A DNA stretch of 64,000 bases from an uncultured delta proteobacterium (GCA_963766715.1 CAVYBH010000012.1:576001-640000); one strand, 5' to 3'. Shown: positions 52,490 to 62,955, counted from the stretch's first letter. Notes: generated by a model not told the origin, from the letters alone. Program-made: numbers and translations.

Positions 52490-54068
52490 CTACTTCTTCG
52501 CGGGGGGCTCCGGCTCCGGGATCTTCACCGGGATGAAGGATGCATTCGCCCCGCGCTTCACCCGGAGGAGGACGACGTCTCCCGGCTTGGCCTTCGCGGC
52601 GGCGGCGGCGACCTGGTCCGGCTTCGTCACGGCCTCCTGGTTCACCTCGAGGATGACGTCGCCGCGCTGGATGCCGGCCCGCGCCGCTGCGCCGTCCGGC
52701 GACACGTCCGCCACGAGGACGCCCGATTCCGCCTCGACCTTGAGCTGGCGCGCCAGTTCCGGCGAGAGGGCCTGAAGCCTCAAGCCCAGCTTGGCGCCCT
52801 TCGTCTCGGTGCCGGCGTCGCGCCTCCCCGCCGCCCTCCTCGGGGCCCTCGCCGCGGGCCAGGGCGTCCTCGTCCGGGCGCGTCCCCACGGTGACGACGA
52901 CCTCCTGCTTCTTGCCCTTCCGGAGCAAGGACAGCGTGGCCTTCCCGCCCGGCGCGATGGCGGCGACCGCGCGGGTGAGCTGGCCGCGGTCCTCGACGGC
53001 CTTGCCGTTCACGGCGACCACCACGTCGCCGGCCTTGACCCCCGCCTTGGCGGCCGGGGCCTTCGCGATGACGTCCTGCACGACCGCGCCCTTCACGCCC
53101 TCGCCCAGGCCGAAGCCGCGGGCCAGCTCGGGCGTCAGGTCACCCACGGTGACACCGAGGTAGCCGCGCGCGATCTTGTTCCCCTTCTCGAGCTGCGGCA
53201 GGAGCTGCTTGGCGAGGCTGATGGGAACGGCGAACCCGATGCCCTGTCCGATCTGCGGCGACACGATGGCCGTGTTGATGCCCACCACCTCGCCCTTCAT
53301 GTTGAAGAGGGGGCCGCCCGAGTTGCCCGGGTTGATGGCGGCATCGGTCTGGATGAAGTCGTCGAACGGGCCGTTCTGCAGGGTCCGCGCCTTGGCGGAG
53401 ACCATTCCGAAGCTGGCCGACCCGGAGAGCCCGAACGGGTTCCCGAGGGCGAGGACGAAGTCGCCCTGCTCCAGCGCGTCGGAGTCGCCGAGCGCCACGG
53501 TCGGAAGGTCGTGCGGCGCCTTCTCGAGCTGGATGAGCGCGACGTCCGTGGGCGGATCCTTCCCGACCACCCGGGCCCCGAACTCGCGTCCGTCGGACAG
53601 CTTGACCCGGATCTCGGTGGCGTCGCCGACCACGTGGTTGTTGGTCAGGATGAAGCCGTCCTTGTTGATGATGAAGCCCGACCCGAGGCTGTTCGACCGG
53701 AAGTCCGGCATCTCCCGGGGCTGGCCGTAGAAGCGCTCGAAGAACTCGTCCATCGGGCCGCCCTGGCCGCCGGGCCCGCCGGGGGTGCCCTGGGGCGCGC
53801 GGGGGTACCCCGGCACCCGCGGATGGTTCTTGGTCACGGTGGTGGTCGAGATGTTCACCACGGCCGGCTTGAGCGTCTTGATCAAGGGGGCGAGCGACGT
53901 CACCGGCCCCATGGCCGGGGTCGGGGTCGCGACGGGAAGCTCGCGCCAGAGCTGCTGGGCCGCGCCCTTGGCGCCCGCGCCGGCATCGGCGCGCCCTTCG
54001 CGGCTGCAGGCCAGGGTGATGGCGACGGCGGTGGCGGCGACCAGGGACAGCGTCAGCAATCGTCTCAT
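52490..54068 (-). CDS. HtrA/DegP (Do) serine protease with two PDZ domains; apparent frameshift near 52820
   Basis: SLGSGF, TNNHVV, TDVALI, QTDAAINPGNSGGPL; PDZ domains. Confidence 0.94.
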
Positions 54069-54156
54069 GTCTCTTTTCGCTCCATCGAAGGGGTGAAAGC
54101 GTCGATTGAACCCGGGCCAGGGAGGTTCCTATTCCCCGGCCCGCGGCGGGAGGGCG

Positions 54157-54723
54157 TCAGGCCCGGGAAAGGCGCCCCACCCGGACCCGGGCGGGGCGGA
54201 GGACGCGGTCCCCGATGCGCCAGCCGGGCCTGAACTCCTCGAGGACGGCGCCGTCCTGGGCGGGATCGTCGACCGCCGCGACGTCGATGGCCTCCGCGGT
54301 GCGCGGGTCGTACGGGGCCCCGACCACCTCGATGCGGGTCACGCCCATCTCGGTGATCCGCTTCTCCATCGAGGCCAGGGACAGCGCGACGCCTTCCCTC
54401 AGGTCGCGCAGCGACGCGGGCTCGCCCTTCACGGCCGTTCCGGAAGCGCGGTAGGCGCGCTCGAGGTCGTCGTGGGATTCGAGCATCACCTGCGCGAGGC
54501 GGGTCTTCTCCGCATCGACCAGCCGCTCCCGCTCGCGCTCCACGCGCTGCCGGAACGCCTTGTTGTCGTCGAGCAGGGCCGCGTACGCGCGGGCCAGCTC
54601 GTCGATCCGCGCCGCCTGCGTCTTCACCGTCGTCTCCAGCGGGCCGAACCCGGCCGCAGGCGTGGATCCGTCTCCCGAAGGTGCGGCGTCGGGGCCGGAG
54701 CCCGGGTTTCTGCGTTCGTTCAC
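54157..54723 (-). CDS. grpE: Nucleotide exchange factor GrpE
   Basis: Coiled coil, DDLERA, YDPRTAEAI, GWRIGDRVLRPARVRV. Confidence 0.88.
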   Translation of the reverse strand: MNERRNPGSGPDAAPSGDGSTPAAGFGPLETTVKTQAARIDELARAYAALLDDNKAFRQRVERERERLVDAEKTRLAQVMLESHDDLERAYRASGTAVKGEPASLRDLREGVALSLASMEKRITEMGVTRIEVVGAPYDPRTAEAIDVAAVDDPAQDGAVLEEFRPGWRIGDRVLRPARVRVGRLSRA

Positions 54724-54741
54724 GAAATCCTCCCGCGACGC

Positions 54742-54769
54742 AACGTAAGGTCGCGTACGTCCATGTCAA
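54742..54769 (-). promoter_or_regulatory. sigma70-type promoter for grpE-degP
   Basis: TTGACA (54764-69), 16 nt, TACGTT (54742-47) on the minus strand. Confidence 0.6.
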
Positions 54770-54803
54770 TTCGAATTAGGGTGCAGCGGTCGAAGCCCGG
54801 ACG

Positions 54804-55193
54804 CTAGAGGCCCAGGAGCTTCGCGACGGTCTTCTCGTCGGCGGCCGGGAACTCGTACTGGTCGAGCTCCTCCGGCCGGACCCACCGATGGTCGTGAACC
54901 CGAGCGTTCTGGACGGCGCCCGCGCGGATCTCGCAGCGGTAGACGCAGAAATCGATGTCGTAGCTCGCGTACGAGTGCTCCACGTGGATCACCCGTTCTC
55001 CGACCCGGACGGAGATGTCCATCTCCTCCTCGAGCTCCCGGGCCAGCGCGACCTCGTCGGTCTCCCCGGGCTCGACCCGCCCCCCCGGGAACTCCCAGAG
55101 CAACGGCAGGGAAGCGGTGGGCGATCGCTGCGTGATGAGGTAGCGGCCGTCCTTCTCGATCATCGCGCCCACCACCCGGATCTTGCGCCGCAT
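54804..55193 (-). CDS. NUDIX hydrolase, MutT/NudG-like
   Basis: WEFPGGRVEPGETDEVALARELEEEM Nudix box; FPAAD. Confidence 0.92.
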   Translation of the reverse strand: MRRKIRVVGAMIEKDGRYLITQRSPTASLPLLWEFPGGRVEPGETDEVALARELEEEMDISVRVGERVIHVEHSYASYDIDFCVYRCEIRAGAVQNARVHDHRWVRPEELDQYEFPAADEKTVAKLLGL

Positions 55194-55254
55194 GACCCCT
55201 CCGCCTCCCGTCTCGTCTCGTTGCGCCGGCGTCGCATTGTAGAATCGCCGGACC

Positions 55255-56649
55255 ATGGCGTCCATCCGCTTCCTCGGTTCCGCCGGAACGGTCACCGGTT
55301 CGCGTTTCCTCGTGGAGGCGGCCGGGCGCTCCGTGCTCGTCGACGCCGGCCTGTTCCAGGGCAGGAAGGAGTACCGGCTCCGCAACTGGGCTCCCTTCCC
55401 GGTGGAGCCCTCCTCCCTCGACGCGGTCGTCCTGACCCACGCCCACATCGACCACTCGGGCGCGTTGCCGCTGCTCGTCCGATCGGGCTTCCGGGGAGAG
55501 GCGTGGTGCACGCCGGCCACCGCCGACCTCGCCCGGATCATGCTCCCGGACTCCGCGAAGCTCCAGGAGGAGGAGGCCCGCTACGCCAACGAGAAAGGGT
55601 ACTCGAAGCACGCACCGCGCGCGCAGCCCCTCTACGACCTGAACGACGCCGCGACCGCCATCGAGCGGCTCCGGACCCTTCGCTACGGGAAGCCCCGGGA
55701 GATCGTCCCCGGGTTCACCCTCTCCTTCGGCCGCGCCGGCCACATCCTGGGGAGCGCCTCGGCCTTGCTCACCGTGCCGGGCAAGGACGGAGCCCCGCTC
55801 CGGCTGCTCTTCTCCGGCGACCTGGGACGCTACGGGGCGCCGGTCCTCCCCGATCCCGAGCCCCCCCCGGAGGCAGACTTCCTGGTCGTCGAATCGACCT
55901 ACGGGGACCGCGACCACCCGGCCGTCTCGGCCGCGGCCGAGCTGGAGCGGGAGATCCTCGCCTCCGTGGCGCGCGGGGGCGCCACGATCGTGCCCGCCTT
56001 CGCCATCGGCCGGACCCAGGAGGTCCTCTTCCTCCTCCGGCAGCTCGAGGAGAAGGGGCGGATACCCGAGCTGCCCGTCTACGTCGACTCGCCGATGGCG
56101 ACGGCCGCCACGCCGGTCTACCGCAACCACCGGGAGGACCACGACGCCGAGATGGACGCCCTCCTCGCGCGCGGCGTCGACCCGTTCGCCACCCGGCGGC
56201 TCACCTTCACCCGCACGACCGACCAGTCCAAGGCCATCAACCGGATTCACGGACCGTGCATCATCATCTCGGCCTCCGGGATGGCCACCGGCGGGCGGGT
56301 GCTCCACCACCTGGAGCGGCGGCTGCCGGAGGCGAGCACCACCGTCCTGCTGGTGGGATACCAGGCGGCCGGCACCCGCGGCTGGAGCCTGCAGAGCGGG
56401 GCCCCCACCGTGCGCATGCACGGCAAGGACGTGCCCGTCCGCGCCCGGGTCGTCTCACTGCCGGGCTTCTCCGCCCATGGCGACCGGGCCGAGGTGGCTC
56501 GCTGGCTCGACGGCATCACGCGCCCGCCGCGCCGGACGTTCTGCGTCCACGGTGAGGCGCAAGCGCTCGCCGCCCAGGCCGCCCGCATCGAGGCGCGCGG
56601 CTGGGAGGTCCACGTCCCCGGCCACCTCGAGAGCGTGGAGCTCGGGTGA
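55255..56649 (+). CDS. MBL-fold beta-CASP ribonuclease
   Basis: THAHIDH, AGHILGSA, SGDLG, ESTYG, SASGMATGGR, FSAHGD, VHGE. Confidence 0.93.
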   Translation: MASIRFLGSAGTVTGSRFLVEAAGRSVLVDAGLFQGRKEYRLRNWAPFPVEPSSLDAVVLTHAHIDHSGALPLLVRSGFRGEAWCTPATADLARIMLPDSAKLQEEEARYANEKGYSKHAPRAQPLYDLNDAATAIERLRTLRYGKPREIVPGFTLSFGRAGHILGSASALLTVPGKDGAPLRLLFSGDLGRYGAPVLPDPEPPPEADFLVVESTYGDRDHPAVSAAAELEREILASVARGGATIVPAFAIGRTQEVLFLLRQLEEKGRIPELPVYVDSPMATAATPVYRNHREDHDAEMDALLARGVDPFATRRLTFTRTTDQSKAINRIHGPCIIISASGMATGGRVLHHLERRLPEASTTVLLVGYQAAGTRGWSLQSGAPTVRMHGKDVPVRARVVSLPGFSAHGDRAEVARWLDGITRPPRRTFCVHGEAQALAAQAARIEARGWEVHVPGHLESVELG

Positions 56650-57509
56650 GACCGCTCTCCCGGGGCGGTCATCCCGTCCTGCTCGACGGCGCCATGGGGA
56701 CGTCGCTCCTCGCACGCGGGCTCGCCGAGGGAGCGCTCCCCGAGCGCTGGGTCTGCGAGCGCCCGTGGGAGGTGGCGCGCGTCCACGCCGACCACGTGTG
56801 CGCCGGCGCCCGGGTGCTCCTCACCTGCACGTTCAACCTGGCGCGGGCCGCCCCCGCGGATTTGCCCGCCAGCGGCGCCGAGGTGGCCCGCCGGGCCGTC
56901 TGGCTGGCTCGCCAGGCGCGTCCCTGGGCGGTGGCCGGTTGCGTGGGGACCACCGCCGCGTCGCGCCCCGGGGAAGGCGGCCCGCCCGACGCGGAACTGC
57001 GCGAGCGCTACGAGGAGGCCTTCCGCTGGCTCGCGTCGGCCGGGGTCGACCTGCTCTGGACCGAGACCCACCTGTCCCTCCGGGAGGCCCGTGCATCGGT
57101 CTCGGCGGCCAGGCGAACCGGGCTCCCCGTGGTCGCGACCGCGTTCCTCTCGTCGGGTCCCGGTGGGCTCACCGCGATGGACGGCACGCCAGGGACCGAG
57201 CTCCTGGAAGCGCTCTGGAGGGACGGCGCGGCCGCCGTCGGGGTGAACTGCGTGGAGCCCGACGACGCGCTCGCCGCGTTCGTGGCCCTGGCGGCGTCGC
57301 GGATCCCGGTTCCCCTCGTCGTGAAGCCAAACGCCGGGCTCCCCGGGGCGCCGGTGTCGCCGGATCGGTTCGCCTCCGGAGTGGCGCGTGCGGTCCGCGC
57401 CGGAGCCACCCTGGCCGGAGGGTGCTGCGGGGCCGGCCCCGCTCACCTGCGCGCGCTCCGCCACGCCCTCCCGCCGGAGGCGCCTTCCCCGCCTCAGGCC
57501 CTCGGGTAG
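56646..57509 (+). CDS. Stand-alone homocysteine S-methyltransferase domain protein
   Basis: LLDGAMGT, GVNC, KPNAGLP and GGCCG zinc ligands. Confidence 0.88.
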   Translation: MRPLSRGGHPVLLDGAMGTSLLARGLAEGALPERWVCERPWEVARVHADHVCAGARVLLTCTFNLARAAPADLPASGAEVARRAVWLARQARPWAVAGCVGTTAASRPGEGGPPDAELRERYEEAFRWLASAGVDLLWTETHLSLREARASVSAARRTGLPVVATAFLSSGPGGLTAMDGTPGTELLEALWRDGAAAVGVNCVEPDDALAAFVALAASRIPVPLVVKPNAGLPGAPVSPDRFASGVARAVRAGATLAGGCCGAGPAHLRALRHALPPEAPSPPQALG

Positions 57510-58312
57510 GACCCCAGGAGCCACATCATGTGGACCTGCCGCCTCACGCCGGCGAGCGCATCGCCGCACTCCGGCTCGGCGCGGTGCCCCTCGAAATCGA
57601 GGAAGAAGACGTAGTGGCCCACCGCCGTCTTGGTCGGACGGCTCTCGATGCGCGACAGGTTGATGCGCCGGGTGGCGAACTCGGCGATGACCTCGTAGAG
57701 ACCGCCCGGCCGGTCCCGGTCGAGGGTGAAGGCGATGCTGGTCCGGTCCCGGCCAGTCACCCGCCCGTCCTCGCGACCGAGGAGGACGAACCGGGTGAAG
57801 TTCTCGGCCGTGTCCTGGATCGACTCGGCGAGAACGGAGAGCCCGTACCGCTCGGCCGCGGCCCGGCCCCCGATGGCGGCCACGCCCGCCTCCTCGGCCG
57901 CGCGCCGCGCCGCGTCGGCGGTGGAGAGCGTCGGCTCGGTGGGCACGCCGCTCAGCCGCTGCCGGAGAAACGCGGAGCACTGCCCCAGCGCCTGCGGGTG
58001 GGAGAGGACCCGCCGGACGTCGCCGAGCGCCGTTCCGCGGGGGACGAGCAGGTGCTGCTCGACGGGAAGGATCAGCTCCTGCTGGATGCGGAGGCCGGGT
58101 CGATGGACGAGCAGGTCGAGGGTGGCTCCGACCGCCCCCTCGATGGAGTTCTCGACCGGGAGAAGGGCGACGTCGACCTCCCCTTTCCAGGCCGACTCGT
58201 AGGCGTCGGCGAAGCTCGGGAACGGCCGCCGCTCGGCGCCGGCGAGAGAGGCGCACCGGCCGACGGCCTCCTCGCTGAAGGTTCCAGGGGGGCCCAGGTA
58301 GGCGACGCGCAT
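57494..58312 (-). CDS. pheA: Prephenate dehydratase (PDT+ACT)
   Basis: AYLGPPGTFSE, PVENSIEG, SHPQALGQC, NFTRF, INLSRIESRP. Confidence 0.95.
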   Translation of the reverse strand: MRVAYLGPPGTFSEEAVGRCASLAGAERRPFPSFADAYESAWKGEVDVALLPVENSIEGAVGATLDLLVHRPGLRIQQELILPVEQHLLVPRGTALGDVRRVLSHPQALGQCSAFLRQRLSGVPTEPTLSTADAARRAAEEAGVAAIGGRAAAERYGLSVLAESIQDTAENFTRFVLLGREDGRVTGRDRTSIAFTLDRDRPGGLYEVIAEFATRRINLSRIESRPTKTAVGHYVFFLDFEGHRAEPECGDALAGVRRQVHMMWLLGSYPRA

Positions 58313-58418
58313 GTGCCGTTTCTACCAGGGGTCCAGGGGACTGTCTCCTTCGGGCCCCGGAGGACCGTGGACGACGCGCTCTGGTAGTATTCGCCGGCCC
58401 GTCGTACCCGGAGGTCAG

Positions 58419-60147
58419 GTGGCCCTTTCGGACTGGATCGAGGAGCTCCGCCAACGCCGCGTCCTCCGGACGCTGCTCGCCTACGGCGTGGTCGTCTTCG
58501 CGGTCCTCCAGGTGATCGAGCCGGTCCTCCACGGCCTGCGGCTCCCGGACTGGTCGCTCACCGCGGTGGTGATCGGCCTCGCCCTCGGCTTCCCGCTCGT
58601 GGGGCTGATTGCGTGGCTCCTCGACGCGCAGCGCCGGCCCGCCTCGCCCCGCGCCCACTCCGCGCACGTCCGGAACCGGCGGCTCGCCCTTGGCCTGGGG
58701 GCGCTCGCCCTCGCCGCCGCGGTCGTCACCGGCCTCGTCCTGTACCGGAGCCGGACGCTAGGCCCTCCCACCGGCGGCCTCCCCTCGATCGCCGTCCTCC
58801 CGTTCGTCAACCTGAGCGAGGACTCCGGCCAGGACTACTTCGCCGACGGTCTCACCGAGGAGATCCAGAGCGCGCTCGCGCAGATCGCCGGGCTCCGGGT
58901 GATCGGCCGGACGTCCTCCTCGACGTTCAAGGGAAAGCCCGTGGACCTGAACGAGGTGGCGCGAAAGCTGGGCGTCACCTCCGTCCTGGAAGGAAGCGTG
59001 CGGCGCGCCGGATCGCGGCTCCGGATCAACGCGCAGATCGTCGACACGCGGGACGGGTACCATCGATGGTCGCGGAGCTACGAGCGGGAGATCGGCGACG
59101 TCTTCGCCATCCAGGACGAGATCGGCCGGGCCGTGGCCCATGCCCTCCAGCTCACGCTCCTCCCGAAGGAACGCACCGTGGAGCGCCGGCCGGTCAGCCC
59201 CGAGGCCATGAGCAAGTACCTGCTCGCGCGCCGGTTCCTGACCCGATCGTCGCTCGACAACTTCGTCCGCGCCGCCGCTGCCTCCGAGGAGGCGATCGCG
59301 CTGGCGCCCAGCTTCGCGCCGGCCTGGGCCACGCTCGCGTCGGCGAACGGCGGGATCGCCGACTGGACGGAGGACCTCGAGGAGGTCCAGAGCGACCAGA
59401 AGAAGGCGATGGAAGCGGCCGCGCGCGCCATCTCCCTCGACCCGGGGCTCGCCGAGGCCTACGCGGTGAGGGCCCAGATGCTCGCGTCGCTGGCCTGGGA
59501 CTGGGAAGGCGCGGGCGAGGATTACGATCGGGCGCTCGCGCTCGCCCCGGGCGATGCCGACATCCTCCGGAAGCACGGCGCCTGGTACCTCGCTCCTCTG
59601 GGGCGACTGTCCGAGGCGATCGCCGAGCTCCGCACGGCCACCGGACTCGACCCGCTCTCCGCCTCCGCGTGGGTATCCCTCGGCATCCTCCAGGTCGCGG
59701 TCGGCCAGGGCGACGAAGGCGAGCGAACGTTCCATCGCGTGCTCGGAGATCGATCCCCAGAGCGACTACGCGCGGGAGGGGCTCGGCGTGCGCCACCTCC
59801 TGGCGGGAAAGCCCGAGGCCGCCCTCGCCGAGTTCGCGAGGTGCGAGGACCCCATGTGGCAGCTCTGGGGCACGGCCCTCGCCCAGCACGATCTCGGGCG
59901 CTCCGCGGCATCGACCGCCACGCTGAACGAGCTCGCGGCCCGCTTCGCCGCTCCATCGCCGTACCAGGTCGCCCAGGTCCATGCCTGGCGCGGAGAGCGG
60001 GATCAGGCGTTCGCGTGGCTCGAGAAGGCCTGGCTGGGGCGCGACAGCGGGTTGCTGCTCATCCAGTGGGACCCGCTGCTCCGGAACCTCCGCGGGGATC
60101 CTCGCTTCGCCTCCTTCCAGCGCCGGATGAACCTGCCCGCGGGCTAG
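58419..60147 (+). CDS. Membrane-anchored TolB-like/TPR protein; apparent frameshift near 59745
   Basis: ELRQRRVLR, 3 TM helices, SIAVLPFVNLS, YFADGLTEE, LEGSVR, TPR repeats, LRGDPRF. Confidence 0.82.
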
Positions 60148-60153
60148 TCCGCC

Positions 60154-60888
60154 TCAGGGTCCTCCCGCGGGGAACGTCCCGCAGCTGGTCGTCACCGTCG
60201 CCGCGAAGGGTTGCGAGCCTCCCGGTGACACGGCGCCGCCTCCCGGCGCCACGGAAACGGACACCACCTTCTCCGCGCCGACGGTGACCGTCGCCTGGGC
60301 CACCCTCGCCGGGTCGGCCACGCTCGTCGCCACCACGTGGTAGGTCCCTCCCGTGGACGGGGCGGCGTAGATGCCGTTCGTCACGGTCCCGCCCGCCCCG
60401 CCTTCGGTCACCGCCCAGGTCACCGACGGATCCGCCAGGCCCGTCACGGTGGCGGTGAACACCTGGCCCTTGCAGGCGTCCAGGGTCGCCGTCGGAGGGT
60501 CGAGGGTGATCCCCGGAGCGGGTGACGGCGCCGCGGACGGGGACTGGCTCACCGTGACAATCGCGACCTGCTGCCGCGAGGGATCGGCATGGCTGGCCGC
60601 GACCACGTGGTAGACCCCGTCGAGGGTGGGCGCGGAGTACACCCCGCTCGCCGTCACCGACCCACCGGCTGGCCCCTCGGCGACCGACCAGTCGACGAGC
60701 GTGTCCACCGTTCCCGTCACGATGCCGGAAAAGGGGGCCGTTCCGCCCGGGAGGACCCGGGCCGTCCCCGGAGAGACGGTGACGACGACTCCGGTCGCGG
60801 CCGGGCCGGCCGGAGCGCCTGGATTGGTGCAGGAAGCCAGCCCCAGTGCGGCGAGGGCCAGGGAGAGGCGAATGGCGGTGGAAGTCAC
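60154..60888 (-). CDS. Lipoprotein with tandem Ig-like domains
   Basis: Lipobox LASC; two repeats of VTWxVxEG..GG..V...G.YxAP...G.YHVVA.S.ADP. Confidence 0.8.
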   Translation of the reverse strand: MTSTAIRLSLALAALGLASCTNPGAPAGPAATGVVVTVSPGTARVLPGGTAPFSGIVTGTVDTLVDWSVAEGPAGGSVTASGVYSAPTLDGVYHVVAASHADPSRQQVAIVTVSQSPSAAPSPAPGITLDPPTATLDACKGQVFTATVTGLADPSVTWAVTEGGAGGTVTNGIYAAPSTGGTYHVVATSVADPARVAQATVTVGAEKVVSVSVAPGGGAVSPGGSQPFAATVTTSCGTFPAGGP

Positions 60889-61298
60889 GGATGCTCCTGC
60901 GCGTTCGGGGGCCGGCCGGGCCGGGAACGGACGGGGTCCGCGCGTTCAGGGAGCACAACCGGCGCCCGTGCGCCCCTCTTCCGGCCGACACGACCCGGCA
61001 GGGTCCGTGCAGGCGCAAGTATCTATTCATGCACCTGCAAAGGCCCCGGACCGATGGAGACCCGCCGTCGGGACGACGCCCGTGGGGAAGGGCCGTCAGG
61101 TCGCGGAATCACGGGCTTTCCCGGGTGGAGCGCCCGTGGACGGGCGCAATCGTGGCGCGCGGGACGACGAGGCGGGTCTGGGGTAAATGGGGGAGGAGGG
61201 GCCCGGTGCGAATTCGTCGCCTTTCCTTCTCGGGTCACGACCCCACAGGTCCGTCGGCAGGACCCCGGCGATGGTCGAACCTCGTCCGGGGAGGGGTC

Positions 61299-61934
61299 AT
61301 GCATCGAGTCGCCCTGGCAGCCTGTCTCGCCCTCGCGCCGTGCCTGTCCGCGAGCCAGGAAGCCCCTCCCGAGCCACCGAGGCCCCCTACCCTGCACCGG
61401 CACGTCGGCTTCTTCCTCCGGGTCGACGGCGCCCTCGGCTACTCCTTCTCCTCTTCCTCCAATTCCGCCGGGAACGAGCAGTCGGTCCGGGGATTCGCGG
61501 TCCCCTTCGGCGCGGCCGCCGGCTGGGCGGTCGTCGAGAACCTCATCCTCGCCGGGGAGGTCTGGGGGGCGGTGGCGCCGGCGCCGACGATCACGGCCCA
61601 CGGCCAGTCGGGCTCGAGCAATGACTCGCACCTCGTCCTCGGCGGCCTGGGCGTGAACCTGACCTACTACTTCGTCCCCAACAACGTGTACGTGACGGTG
61701 ACGCCGTCCGCGGTGATGTTGGGCGTCACCAAGTCGGGCACCCTGAACCAGAGCAAGGTGGGCTTCGGGACCAAGGTCGCCGTGGGGAAGGAGTGGTGGG
61801 TCGCCAGCCACTGGGGGCTCGGTCTCTCGGCCCAGTTCTTCTTCGCGTTGACCGACGAGAGGGGCTACGACGCCGATCTGCCCACGTGGAAGACGCTCGG
61901 CGGCGGAGTGGGGTTCACGACGACGTACAACTGA
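61299..61934 (+). CDS. Outer-membrane beta-barrel protein
   Basis: Signal peptide, alternating beta strands, LTYYF, VGKEWWV, C-terminal TTYN. Confidence 0.78.
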   Translation: MHRVALAACLALAPCLSASQEAPPEPPRPPTLHRHVGFFLRVDGALGYSFSSSSNSAGNEQSVRGFAVPFGAAAGWAVVENLILAGEVWGAVAPAPTITAHGQSGSSNDSHLVLGGLGVNLTYYFVPNNVYVTVTPSAVMLGVTKSGTLNQSKVGFGTKVAVGKEWWVASHWGLGLSAQFFFALTDERGYDADLPTWKTLGGGVGFTTTYN

Positions 61935-62221
61935 CGTCGGCGTGACGTCGCGCGCCGACCGCCGGGTTCCCGCAGGGCAAGGAAATGCCCTGCGTCATTC
62001 GCGGGGTCTTCGCGGGGGTTGCCCCCTGCCACGACCCTCGGCCCGCAGGGCAAGTGCCCGGCCCCGCCTCCAGGTGCCAGTCGACAGGCATCGGCTGGAT
62101 GTCCTGGTGTGGGGGCGACCGGACGGTGTCATCGTAATCCCGCCCCGCCGCCTGGGCAACGCGAGACTGCACCGGGACGCGCGGCTAGAATGGTCTCCTG
62201 TCACCCTCGCGGGAGCGCCGC

Positions 62222-62455
62222 ATGGTCACGATCGAATACTGCACGGTCTGAGGGTATCTCCCCAGGGCCCGAGGTCTCGGGCAGGAGATCACCGACAGGT
62301 TCGCCGGGAAGGTCGACGTATCCTTGAAGCCCGGGCGGAGGTCTTCCTTCGAGGTCACTCTCGACACCGAGGCGATCCACTCCAAGCTCGACACCGGCGA
62401 GTGGCCGGACACCGAGAGGGTCCTGGAGGCGATCGCGAGCCGCCTGAAGGGGTGA
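62222..62455 (+). CDS. SelW/SelT/SelH (Rdx) family selenoprotein, Sec at TGA 62249-62251
   Basis: MVTIEYCTV-U-GYLPRARGLGQEITDRFAGKVDVSLKPGRRSSFEVTLDTEAIHSKLDTGEWPDTERVLEAIASRLKG; GGGAG RBS; downstream SECIS hairpin. Confidence 0.9.
62256..62289 (+). promoter_or_regulatory. Bacterial SECIS element
   Basis: ATCTCC...GCCCGA-GGTC-TCGGGC-A-GGAGAT: lower and upper stem with a G/U-containing apical loop about 21 nt after the UGA. Confidence 0.8.
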
Positions 62456-62955
62456 CGGAGGCGCCGGACGGGCGCGGGACGGCCGGCACCCCTTCGGCGC
62501 AGTCTGCGCGGTCCGCGACCTCCCGAGCGTTCAGTGGCCCTCGGAGTGGCTGCTGCCATCGTTGGCTTACGGTGAACGGAAGAGTGCTTCCCCGATCCGG
62601 ATTCCCGGCCGGCGCCTCGAAGGCCGTTCAGGGGGGCGCCTGCCTGAGGGCCCGCACGTTCAGTCCGTGAGCGTCCATGCACGGAGTCCCCCGCCCGCGG
62701 GCCCCGCCGGTGCCCACGGTGGTCCCTTCGGCGGAAGGGGCGCCAGTCGCTCGGACCGGGGACTGGGTGCCGGGTCGCGAGGACTCACCGTTCGACTCCG
62801 TGGGAACCGCCGAGAGTGGCGCAGAGATCCCACTCGCCATCCGCGCCGATGAGTCGCCTCGGCGCGGATGGCCTTTCCACCTGGGGACTTGCATCTGGCC
62901 AACTCGTCACCACCCACCCAGGCAGGACCGGTGGAACGGTCGGCTGGAGGAGCCC

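Noticed and set aside
61970..62060. Hairpin CGCAGGGCA-AGGAAA-TGCCCTGCG with a repeated CCCGCAGGGCAA
   Set aside because: Only two short copies, no riboswitch or CRISPR pattern; probably a terminator-like stem after the beta-barrel gene.
62721..62812. tRNA-like fragment (CACCG-TTCGACT-CCGTG-GGAACCGCC) near the selenoprotein, briefly considered as selC or an att scar
   Set aside because: No anticodon loop (no TTCAAA), no D arm, mismatched T stem, no CCA, and it does not match either tRNA 3' end in the window.
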